Source: Candidatus Woesearchaeota archaeon (lineage in GTDB: Archaea; Nanobdellota; Nanobdellia; Woesearchaeales; B72-G16). Taken from it: a DNA stretch of 37,789 nt. Shown in pieces: positions 20,830-29,401 of the stretch. A program made the position numbers and the translations under genes. A model generated the notes under the pieces. The model searched no databases and was not told where the DNA came from. It was given only the letters and a program-made list of their open reading frames with translations. Positions within the stretch are counted from its first letter, which is position 1. Each line of letters begins with the position of its first letter. The stretch spans positions 1-37,789 of the forward strand of contig QMQO01000010.1 in NCBI GenBank assembly GCA_003650545.1, given 5' to 3'.

Positions 20830-21374
20830 TTTTAGAAAGTATAAATAAACGGATTCGTAACTGCAAACGCTGCCAACTTTATACACAAGGTAGAGCTGTA
20901 CCTGGCGAAGGACCTGATGACGCAGAAATTATGCTAGTCGGACAAGCACCAGGGAAAATAGAGAGCATTCGCGGAAAACCTTTTATTGGAAAAGCAGGGC
21001 GGTTTCTTGACGAATTGTTAGAAATAGCAGATCTCAAAAGAGAAAAAGTCTTTATCACGTCTGTTCTAAAACACTATCCACCAAAAAACCGTCCTCCAAG
21101 AAAAGATGAAATCCTTGCGTGTAAACCTTTTCTAGAGCAACAGATAGAAATAATAAAACCAAAAGTTATTGTTCTCATGGGAAATGTTGCTATCAAGAGT
21201 ATTCTAGATAACCAATCTTTGAAAGTGACAGAGATGCATGGAAAAAAAAGAGAAAAGTCTGGGAGAAGATATCTTCTAACATTTCATCCTGCTGCAGGGA
21301 TGAGATTTCCTAAAATAAAAAAACTAATCAAAAGTGATTTTAAAAAACTGAAAAATATAAAAAATAAGGTTTAA
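20826..21374 (+). CDS. Family-4-like uracil-DNA glycosylase
   Basis: CKRC, GQAPG, PFIGKAG, NRPP, HPAA; ATGA overlap with the ligase. Confidence 0.9.
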   Translation: MILESINKRIRNCKRCQLYTQGRAVPGEGPDDAEIMLVGQAPGKIESIRGKPFIGKAGRFLDELLEIADLKREKVFITSVLKHYPPKNRPPRKDEILACKPFLEQQIEIIKPKVIVLMGNVAIKSILDNQSLKVTEMHGKKREKSGRRYLLTFHPAAGMRFPKIKKLIKSDFKKLKNIKNKV

Positions 21375-21409
21375 AATAGATAAGGTTTAAAAACAGTTGC
21401 TTAATACAT

Positions 21410-21985
21410 GTGAAAATGGATAGAAAACCACACCTAATGGAATCACAAATAGAAGAGTCGATTGTAGTTCAACCAAACATAGATGGTCTAGTCTCAGCCA
21501 TGTTAATTGGAAAGAAAGAAGGAGTACCTGCTTCAGAAGTATATTTCGCCAAATCAGCAGACAATTATGAAAAGCCGGGAGCAATCATAGTCGGTCTTCC
21601 CTATAACCAGCAAGCTACTATGTGGTTTGATAACCGAAGACACCCAGACCATAGCGATGTTCGTGGCAAACGCACAGACGCTCCAAGCTGCGCAAGGGTG
21701 ATTTTTAATTATTACCGAGATAATGAAGAAATACAGAAATACTCTAAATTGGTTGATGAAACAGACAGAGTGATAAAAAGTGATTCGTTGGATATACTTT
21801 CTGGGTTAAGCATTTTATCGTTTGTAATTCATAATGATGTACACAACATTGTTTCTAGAAATTTTAACAGATTCGTGATTCATTGTCTGAGCATGGTCGA
21901 TTCAAACTTGAGTTTAAGTCTGCATGGAATTCTTAATTTTGAGGCTATCAGAGAACGAACAGCAAAATATTTTATACATTATTAA
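21410..21985 (+). CDS. Short degenerate DHH-family (exopolyphosphatase-like) protein
   Basis: NIDGLVSA, LPY, WFDNR and APSCARVIFNYY match the family layout but lack DHH. Confidence 0.6.
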   Translation: MKMDRKPHLMESQIEESIVVQPNIDGLVSAMLIGKKEGVPASEVYFAKSADNYEKPGAIIVGLPYNQQATMWFDNRRHPDHSDVRGKRTDAPSCARVIFNYYRDNEEIQKYSKLVDETDRVIKSDSLDILSGLSILSFVIHNDVHNIVSRNFNRFVIHCLSMVDSNLSLSLHGILNFEAIRERTAKYFIHY

Positions 21986-22030
21986 AAACTCATCATAAAG
22001 TATATAAGTGAGTAAGAACCAAACTAAAAT

Positions 22031-22735
22031 ATGAAGTACCTTGGTACATCTGGCTGGTATTATCAACATTGGGTTAAAAGATTTTATCCTAAAGACCTAT
22101 CGAAAGATAAATGGCTGGAATATTATGCAAGACATTTCAACACTGTAGAGATCAACTCAACATTTTATCATCTTCCCTATAAAAATGTACTAAAAAATTG
22201 GTATAACCAGACTCCAGAAAAATTCAGGTTCACTTTAAAAGCAAACAGACAAATAACTCATGTTAAAAAATTTAAGAATGTAAAAAAATCTGTCAAAACT
22301 TTCTATATGTTATCAGACATCATGCAAGAAAAGCTAGCAAATATACTCTGGCAGATTCCACCCACACTAAAATTTAATATGAAAAAATTAAATGAAATCA
22401 TCAAAGTCCTTAATCCAGATTATAAAAATGTAATAGAATTCCGTCACAAATCTTGGTTCACATTAGAAGTATATGAAAATCTTAAGGAAAATGACATTAT
22501 ATATTGCATCGTATCTGGTCCAAACTTACCTCTGGATTTTAAGCTAACAGCCAAAACAGGATATTTCAGGCTTCATGGAAGATCTTGGTATAACTATAAC
22601 TATGGTAAGAAAGAACTAACAGAGTTTGCAGGAAAAATCAAAAAATTAAAAGCAAAAGATTTTTATATATACTTTAATAACGATTATAATGCATATGCAA
22701 TAAAAAATTGTGAAATGTTAAAAGGTCTGATTTGA
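22031..22735 (+). CDS. DUF72 (YecE-like) TIM-barrel protein
   Basis: GTSGW, VEINSTFY, ITH, QIPP, EFRHKSW, YFRLHG, YFNND. Confidence 0.93.
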   Translation: MKYLGTSGWYYQHWVKRFYPKDLSKDKWLEYYARHFNTVEINSTFYHLPYKNVLKNWYNQTPEKFRFTLKANRQITHVKKFKNVKKSVKTFYMLSDIMQEKLANILWQIPPTLKFNMKKLNEIIKVLNPDYKNVIEFRHKSWFTLEVYENLKENDIIYCIVSGPNLPLDFKLTAKTGYFRLHGRSWYNYNYGKKELTEFAGKIKKLKAKDFYIYFNNDYNAYAIKNCEMLKGLI

Positions 22736-22745
22736 GGTGATAGGC

Positions 22746-22907
22746 ATGGAAGTTGCTCCTGAAAAACTAAAAGAAATCGAGAATGAGGTTCGCGATATAA
22801 CGAACTGGATCTCTGTTTTTGAAACAGAGTATAATCTTCCAAAAGAAGTCGTAGAACAACTTAAGACAAGGTTGGAGAACATTAGTAAAAAAATTGCTGG
22901 ATTGTAA
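22746..22907 (+). CDS. Small helical protein (53 aa), absent from the ORF track
   Basis: SD GAGGTGA 22734-22740; MEVAPEKLKEIENEVRDITNWISVFETEYNLPKEVVEQLKTRLENISKKIAGL. Confidence 0.7.
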   Translation: MEVAPEKLKEIENEVRDITNWISVFETEYNLPKEVVEQLKTRLENISKKIAGL

Positions 22908-23081
22908 GCATGTAGATATGGCTGATTAAAAAAGCCTTCCAGTAAGCTTTCTCAGAGTTAAAAAAATTGTCTTTGTGAAACTGCAAGGTTGACAGAACAA
23001 CCGGAACAGCCGAAACTTAGGCAACTGCTAGGTCATAAAATATGCGAAATAAGTTTAAATTATTTATATAGTATAGATCAA

Positions 23082-24488
23082 TTATATTTTATAAATTTTA
23101 GAAATCTCTTCTTGCACCTTTCCTGTTTTTTTATCTCTATAAACCTTATCAACAAATAAAATATCTAATTGAATCTTTCTAGGATCTATGTTGTGCTTTT
23201 CAAATATCTTCTCAAATCCTTCGATAATCTTGTTCTTGATCTTTATTTTACTCGATCTTTCTTTTTTGATGACATTTACAATTAACCAATCTTCAGTCTC
23301 TTGAATGATCTGTTTCTGTACGATATCATGCATTAATTCGAGCATGGTGCTAAAAACAAAAGGATGGATGAGTATTTTTTCAGCTCTTTTATTTTTAAAA
23401 ACAAACATTGTACTTGTTCTTCCATCTTTTATGTCGATGACTTTCATATTAGAACCACATTTACATTTCTTTTTTTTAATCAAAATTCTATCATCGATCA
23501 TGTACCGTATTATAGGAAAAGTTTTACTATAAAAGTTTGTCAAAAGAATATAACAACCAACTTTATTTTCTTGAACGCTTTTAAGTTTTTTATCAACTAT
23601 TTCAACCAAACAAAAGTCTTCATTAATATGATGTTCTTGTTCTTTACACATGTTAGAAATAGGGTGAGCTTCTGTACAGCCATAAACATCATAAACCTTA
23701 GTTCTAAAAACATCTTCAATATATTCTCTTACTTTCTTGCTTAAGAATTCGCCTCCTGTCACAATATTTTCTGGCTTAATTCTTAATTTGTTTTTTTGTT
23801 TTATTTTTGCAAGATTGAATATAATTGAAGGAAAACCTGTCAGAAAATCGGGTTTAAACTTATTCAGATCGGCAACAATAGTATTAATATCTTGATGTAT
23901 CGGTACTATTCTCATTTTGAAAAAATGGATAACTCCCATGCTGAAAGACCTTGTTGAAAGGTGCATTGGATTACATGTAAATAACCCTACCGACTTATAC
24001 CCTTTTAGAATCATTTTCAGATAATTTATTTTTACGGGTGTTCTTGCTTTAGCAAACGCTGTCGTTGTGACCATATAATCACGATCCCATACAAACCAAC
24101 CATTATAACCAGATGTGCCTGCGGTAGCCAATAAGTAGTATTTGTCTTTGCATACTTTAAGATTTTCTTCTTGTTTTTCAATAATCTTTTTTATTTGATT
24201 TATATCAATATCTTTTACAGTTAGAACCCTATCAAAATTTTCCATTAGCATCTTTTTATTGATTATAGGTAGATCTTTCAATTTAAAGTTATTTATATCT
24301 ATGCCTGCCCTATCGTATAACTCTCTGTAGAATTCAGAATTGTAATAGGCAAATTTAACAATATCTCTTATTTTTCTATTCGCTGTTTTTTCTATATCTC
24401 TTCTGGATTTTTTAGGGTTATTTTCAATTTTTTTACTTATATAAAGCATCTTCATTAAATCAAAAATGCTATTTAGAGTTTTTATCAT
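23082..24488 (-). CDS. Phenylacetate-CoA ligase/F390 synthetase-like adenylate-forming enzyme
   Basis: LPIINK, TAGTSG, GGE, YGCTE, LTNF, PIIRYMIDD, CKCG, GR. Confidence 0.85.
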   Translation of the reverse strand: MIKTLNSIFDLMKMLYISKKIENNPKKSRRDIEKTANRKIRDIVKFAYYNSEFYRELYDRAGIDINNFKLKDLPIINKKMLMENFDRVLTVKDIDINQIKKIIEKQEENLKVCKDKYYLLATAGTSGYNGWFVWDRDYMVTTTAFAKARTPVKINYLKMILKGYKSVGLFTCNPMHLSTRSFSMGVIHFFKMRIVPIHQDINTIVADLNKFKPDFLTGFPSIIFNLAKIKQKNKLRIKPENIVTGGEFLSKKVREYIEDVFRTKVYDVYGCTEAHPISNMCKEQEHHINEDFCLVEIVDKKLKSVQENKVGCYILLTNFYSKTFPIIRYMIDDRILIKKKKCKCGSNMKVIDIKDGRTSTMFVFKNKRAEKILIHPFVFSTMLELMHDIVQKQIIQETEDWLIVNVIKKERSSKIKIKNKIIEGFEKIFEKHNIDPRKIQLDILFVDKVYRDKKTGKVQEEISKIYKI

Positions 24489-24645
24489 TCATATCCCGGT
24501 TCTAGAAAAAAATAAACTTTTATAAATCTTTTTAACATTCTTTTTTATATAAAAACTTAGAAATATATAAAAACATGAAAAAAAAAGCAGAAAAAGGGCA
24601 ACTTGCTTTATGTTTCGCTAGCTTTTAATCAAAGAGGGGATTATT

Positions 24646-25260
24646 TTGAGACAAGAAAAAGAACTAATTGAGAGGTATGGTAAATTGTACTCCGAAGAAC
24701 TGGGAATAAATCTTAAAAAAGGAGAAAAAGAATGGTTTAAATGGCTCATTGCTTCTGTTCTATTTGGTGCAAGGATCTCTGAAACCATTGCAAAGAACAC
24801 ATATAGAGCATTAGTTAAACACAATCTCTTAACCCCACAAAGAATACTGCAAGCTGGCAGAGCATATTTAATAAGGCATATAATGAGCGAAGGCGGCTAT
24901 GTTCGGTATGATGGTATAACATCGAATTATCTTCAAAGTATATGTAAAAAATTGATAAAGGAATATGATGGTAAGATCGCAAATGTGCATAAAAAGGCTA
25001 AAGATCCAAAAGATTTAGAAAATAGACTACTCGATTTTAAGGGTATTGGCCCAGTAACAGTAAACATTTTTTTGAGAGAAATGAAGTGTGTTTGGAAAAA
25101 AGCAAAGCCAGAGTTATTACCATTTATTAAAGAATTAGCAAGAAAATATAATATAAGTTTAAATAAAATAAAAAGGAAAAGTGAAAAATCAATGAGGTTA
25201 GAAGCAGCTTTGGTTAGGTTAAGAAAGATTCCAAAACAGAAGACAGAACTTTCTGACTAA
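24646..25260 (+). CDS. HhH-GPD superfamily DNA glycosylase-like protein
   Basis: YSEELGI, FKWLIASVLFGARI, GGYVRYD, HhH motif FKGIGPVTVNIFLRE; TTG start after GAGGGG. Confidence 0.8.
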   Translation: MRQEKELIERYGKLYSEELGINLKKGEKEWFKWLIASVLFGARISETIAKNTYRALVKHNLLTPQRILQAGRAYLIRHIMSEGGYVRYDGITSNYLQSICKKLIKEYDGKIANVHKKAKDPKDLENRLLDFKGIGPVTVNIFLREMKCVWKKAKPELLPFIKELARKYNISLNKIKRKSEKSMRLEAALVRLRKIPKQKTELSD

Positions 25261-25608
25261 TAAATAGCTTTTTCTTTGATTAAAAAAATCTCTAAAAATT
25301 GGTATAGGTTTAATATGAGCTAATACAAATCAAGTTGGTTAGGTTGATGTAGCAGTAATAGAGAATAGATTCACAGAAACTTTAGAGGAGGTTATTCCAA
25401 AACTTGGAAAATCAAACTTTTTTTAGACATCAAGAGAGTGGTAGAATTTTTTAGGTGAAAATTCTTAATAGTTCCAAACACAAATCTTGACACAATCTTA
25501 TAGATGAATAAAATCTAGTAGATAAATATAAAAACAAAAGAGAATTATTCGTGCTTTAATAGAAAAATAGAAACACTTTGAAAATAAACAAGAAAATTTG
25601 GTAAAGAG

Positions 25609-26046
25609 GTGAGAAAAATGGCAAGGAAAAATCCTCAGGATCGCGGCATGGGTGTGTTTCGCGATTGGGTAGATCATTTAAGAAATGCTTCGAAAGACAA
25701 GATCATTCTAGTGCAATACAAAACAGACAAAGATGAACTTGAACAACTTGGTATAAAAAACATTCTTTATTTGACAAAACCGGAATACAAAGTAATAGAA
25801 CAAATAGCATCTACAAGCAAAGAATGTATTCTTCTATTTAATGTGAATGATAAGAGTAACGAACTCTGCCAGAAAATAAGAGCAAAGTTAGAAGAAAATG
25901 GTGTAAAGGTTAATACACGATTTAGAAAACTAATGTTCACAACCGATATGAGGGAAATCCGTGGTTTAATAAAATACATCCGAAACAAAGCAACTTGGGA
26001 AGAAGGAAAAAGGGTTGCAATTGATATCTTTCCTGAAAAAAAATAA
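25609..26046 (+). CDS. Small Toprim-fold protein with degenerate acidic motifs
   Basis: IILVQYKTDKDEL corresponds to VEGxxD; ILLFNVN corresponds to ILxDxD; C-terminal similarity to small archaeal Toprim proteins. Confidence 0.6.
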   Translation: MRKMARKNPQDRGMGVFRDWVDHLRNASKDKIILVQYKTDKDELEQLGIKNILYLTKPEYKVIEQIASTSKECILLFNVNDKSNELCQKIRAKLEENGVKVNTRFRKLMFTTDMREIRGLIKYIRNKATWEEGKRVAIDIFPEKK

Positions 26047-26114
26047 AACACATTGTGATTTAATTACAATTAAAATTTTTAATTATGATTAGAATTATTA
26101 AATAGAAAAATTCA

Positions 26115-26214
26115 TGGGAGCTGACGTCTAAGCTTAGACTGAACTTTTCTTTCGAAAAATTCTTTATCAATAATATTTCTATTATTGATTGGTGTCTAAG
26201 TAACTCCGTCAGCT
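26115..26214 (-). ncRNA. Candidate structured small RNA of unknown family
   Basis: Four stems (8, 7, 10 and 9 bp), two GAAA tetraloops, upstream TATA box and downstream T-tract on the minus strand. Confidence 0.65.
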
Positions 26215-26236
26215 AAAGTAAAGAAAGTTATACTAA

Positions 26237-26250
26237 TATTTAAATCTTTT
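26237..26250 (-). promoter_or_regulatory. BRE-TATA promoter for the candidate RNA
   Basis: Minus-strand AAAAGA-TTTAAATA ending 22 nt before the first stem. Confidence 0.55.
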
Positions 26251-26327
26251 TAATTAAATTTGATTTTTCTCAAACCTTTAATTTTTCATCCACAAGATAT
26301 ATAAACAAACACATCCTAACCAAAGAT

Positions 26328-27044
26328 ATGAACCAAATTCTGGTGGAAGCTGGATTAACAGACTCTGAAGCCAAAGTTTATCTTACTTTGTTGGACCTCG
26401 GCATGGATCTTGCAGGAACCATAGCTAGAAAATCTGGCATTCATAGACGGTCTGTTTATGATATCTTGGATAGACTTATTGAAAAAGGCTTAGTTAGTTA
26501 TATTGTAAAAAATAATCAACGCCATTACGAAGCAACAGACCCAATTAGATTAATAGAGTTGTTAAAGGAAAAAGAAAGAAAGATTCAAGAGGTGCTTCCT
26601 CGGCTACAATTAAAATACTCGATGACTCGCGAGAAACAAGAAACAAATTTCTACCGTGGTAAAAACGGACTAAAGACTGTGTTTGAAGATCAATTAAAAG
26701 AGGGAAAAGAAATCTTAATATTTGGGGCAAATGTTGATGTTAATGAGGTTATTAAGTTTTACTTCCCACATTTTGATAGAGCTCGCGTCCAGAAAAAGAT
26801 TAAGGTTAAGTTTATCTTTAGCGAAGATGCCAGAGACAATCCTGCCATAAAAAAGATTCCTCTAAAAGAAGTCAGGTATATTCCTAAAGGCTTTTCGAGC
26901 CCTGCAGCCACATACATTTACGGTAATAAGGTTGCGATTATTCTGTGGAGCGAAAATCCACTTGCAATTCTTATCAAACAGAAAGAAATAGCAGATAACT
27001 ATAAACAGTTCTTTAAATTTGTCTGGGATAGTGCTAAAAAATGA
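26328..27044 (+). CDS. TrmB-family transcriptional regulator
   Basis: GLTDSEAKVYLTLL...IARKSGIHRRSVYDILDRLIEKGLV; C-terminal IYGNKVAI domain. Confidence 0.9.
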   Translation: MNQILVEAGLTDSEAKVYLTLLDLGMDLAGTIARKSGIHRRSVYDILDRLIEKGLVSYIVKNNQRHYEATDPIRLIELLKEKERKIQEVLPRLQLKYSMTREKQETNFYRGKNGLKTVFEDQLKEGKEILIFGANVDVNEVIKFYFPHFDRARVQKKIKVKFIFSEDARDNPAIKKIPLKEVRYIPKGFSSPAATYIYGNKVAIILWSENPLAILIKQKEIADNYKQFFKFVWDSAKK

Positions 27045-27046
27045 TA

Positions 27047-27886
27047 TTAAAATATTTTTTTTATCTCATTCAACCTGGTGTTGTAATCTATTGAAGACCG
27101 AAACAGATTCCAAAAAACCTTCTGCAACCATGCGATCCAATCGGGATCATATATTTCATAAAAGATTCTTGTATTTTTGTGTAGTTCACCTTTTTTGTAG
27201 GTCTTTAATTGTTCTTCATTCTTGAATCTTGCAACCTTATCGTCTATTATAAAACCACGTAATGGTTGGTAGCAATGCTTGATCTCAACTAAGTCAGAGT
27301 ACTTTGCGGTGAGGCTAGTTAATTTATTTAGGTTACTAATAGAAGCAATATTCACCCTTGTCAATATCTTAAATCGAATTTTTCTTTTTAACAATTCTTC
27401 TATCACAGAGAAGATCTTTACATTGTTTTCTTCTATATTGATAAATGACAGATTCCCTGAAAAACAATACACCTGGTTAATTGCCTTCCTGAATAAAGAA
27501 ACAATCTGTTGGTTCTTGCTCACCTCTTCTTTATCATACTCTTCTAAAATCGCTTTCTTCTTATCTTCTTGCACATACTGAAAGATCTCCATAAAATCAA
27601 AATCTGTCTTAGCCCTGCTGTTCCTCAGTTGGTAGTATAAATTCTCTCTGACATCATCTGTTACCAGACTATCAGAATGATTATAGAACACAACTTTTAA
27701 AGCGCCCTGAGTGCCTTTTCTAAATGTCTTTACATCAACCAATCCTGTTAGATCCTTTATTTTCTTTACGTAACTGTCTGTTGTAACCCAGCTCTTTCCA
27801 ATAAGCCTTGAGACATCTTGAATGGTTCTTGGTTCTTTTTTAACATAGTCAGTAATCTGCTTAATAACTTCCTCTTTTAATGCCAT
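27047..27886 (-). CDS. Winged-HTH protein with PLD-like C-terminal domain
   Basis: PRTIQDVSRLIGKSWVTTDSY HTH; FKILTR...RGFIIDD...WLQKVFWNLF resembles a PLD fold without HKD. Confidence 0.6.
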   Translation of the reverse strand: MALKEEVIKQITDYVKKEPRTIQDVSRLIGKSWVTTDSYVKKIKDLTGLVDVKTFRKGTQGALKVVFYNHSDSLVTDDVRENLYYQLRNSRAKTDFDFMEIFQYVQEDKKKAILEEYDKEEVSKNQQIVSLFRKAINQVYCFSGNLSFINIEENNVKIFSVIEELLKRKIRFKILTRVNIASISNLNKLTSLTAKYSDLVEIKHCYQPLRGFIIDDKVARFKNEEQLKTYKKGELHKNTRIFYEIYDPDWIAWLQKVFWNLFRSSIDYNTRLNEIKKIF

Positions 27887-28003
27887 AGAAAAAGCTAATT
27901 CTCACTGATATTTAAAACACTATTATAAAAAATTAAAACAATATTTTATTTAAACTGAAACTCTTATATAATTTAATCACAACTAAAAGAGGAGGTGTAA
28001 AAG

Positions 28004-28207
28004 ATGGAAAAAATTGAATTTGTTTTTATTGGTGAGCATGGCTCGTTTGTTCTAGAGCTGGACACAACACTAGAAGCATTAAAACAAGACATTCTACATC
28101 TTGTAGAGAAATATGGAGATGTCACAGTGAGGAACGAACTTTATAGACACTGCAGAACACCACCATTTGTAATAGAAAATGGAAAAGAAATTGTAATGGT
28201 GTGCTGA
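28004..28207 (+). CDS. Hypothetical protein
   Basis: Strong SD GGAGGTG and upstream TATA. Confidence 0.65.
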   Translation: MEKIEFVFIGEHGSFVLELDTTLEALKQDILHLVEKYGDVTVRNELYRHCRTPPFVIENGKEIVMVC

Positions 28208-28219
28208 GAGGTGTAAAAG

Positions 28220-28999
28220 ATGAACACAAACCTACAGGCTTTAACTGGTAATGAAACAACACAGGTCATCCTTGACAAAGCATTAATTGATAAAATTGAT
28301 AAAACAGCGCCTTTGTTTCAAGAAGAGATTAATAAACGCAGAGAAGAGAAAAAAAAGAAATTGTTGAGCCTTCTTGAACAAACACTAAGGACAATTCCTT
28401 TCAAAGGTGAAGAAGCCAAAATCAAGAAAGATAGTAAAACATATGTTAATGAGTATCTTTCCTTGCTTATAAGAGAGAGGTATCCTCTTGTTCTGAAAGA
28501 CATATACGAATTAAAAAGGAAAGTTAAATTTGACTACAATGATAAGGAAGTCACTCTTGATTTGCCTGTATTTGCATGCGTGACACTTGGAAAAAGTACA
28601 CAGTGGGAAGAATGTTATGGTTGTAAAATAGGCTATAATACTCTAGAAGTGACGGTTTCAGCAAAGATGCCTCATCTAAGCGATTCTGTAAAAGAAGCAG
28701 GAAGAGAGGCTATTGCATATTGTTATGAGATGTATAGTAAGGCAATGAAAACACCTATTGTTGGTGAATTATTGTTCACAAATGTTATAGAATATAATCC
28801 AGGTACACCCAAACTCGATGTTGTTTGGAAACCAAGACGATCTGACTTTAATATAGAAATTGAAACCATCGAGGATCCTGACCCGATACTTCTCTTGAAT
28901 TGGGGTTCAAAACTATATAAAGTTGTAACATGGGAAGACAAACATGAAGAGGACTTTCAAACATTGTTGGACTATCTCATGGATAGTTCAAGTTTCTAA
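28220..28999 (+). CDS. Hypothetical protein
   Basis: 259-aa ORF with SD GAGGTG; C-terminal DPDPILL...W motif. Confidence 0.75.
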   Translation: MNTNLQALTGNETTQVILDKALIDKIDKTAPLFQEEINKRREEKKKKLLSLLEQTLRTIPFKGEEAKIKKDSKTYVNEYLSLLIRERYPLVLKDIYELKRKVKFDYNDKEVTLDLPVFACVTLGKSTQWEECYGCKIGYNTLEVTVSAKMPHLSDSVKEAGREAIAYCYEMYSKAMKTPIVGELLFTNVIEYNPGTPKLDVVWKPRRSDFNIEIETIEDPDPILLLNWGSKLYKVVTWEDKHEEDFQTLLDYLMDSSSF

Positions 29000-29234
29000 A
29001 ATGATAGTTCCAACAAATTAAACCTGCAAAGAGGAAATATAAGCAATACATCTAAACTATTAATTTTTTAAATTATTAATTTTTAAAACATATTTTAATT
29101 TATAACATAGAAAAAAGATGAAAATGGCTTTTATATTTTTATTCTTTGATATTTTTTTATTTTTATGCTTAGCTTCTTTTATTAGCTTTGTTAGCTTTAT
29201 GCTAAACACTCTTATGGTTTAAATTCAGGAACTG

Positions 29235-29280
29235 ATTCTATAGACCAGGGACTTGTCATTCTATAGACATAAAACTTGTC
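29235..29280. repeat. 23-nt tandem duplication ATTCTATAGAC-N5-ACTTGTC
   Basis: Copies at 29235-29257 and 29258-29280 differ only in the 5-nt core. Confidence 0.8.
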
Positions 29281-29401
29281 ACGAATCACAATCCAAAACT
29301 TAATATAAAAAATGCTCATAAAAAATAGTAAACCATTTAAATAGGAGATATAATTATGTATTATATACATATAACAATACATATATGGGATGTACGTATA
29401 T

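Noticed and set aside
22908..23045. RNase P or SRP RNA
   Set aside because: Contains ACAGAA and GTGAAAC words but no GAGGAAAGTCC P4 strand and no SRP helix-8 motif.
25261..25608. Possible gene remnant
   Set aside because: Coding-like composition but only short broken frames; nothing assignable.
26115..26214. H/ACA guide, hammerhead, twister or 5S rRNA identity for the candidate RNA
   Set aside because: No ANA box or K-turn, no CUGAUGA core, only a partial TAACTCCG twister-like word, and no 5S loop C motif.
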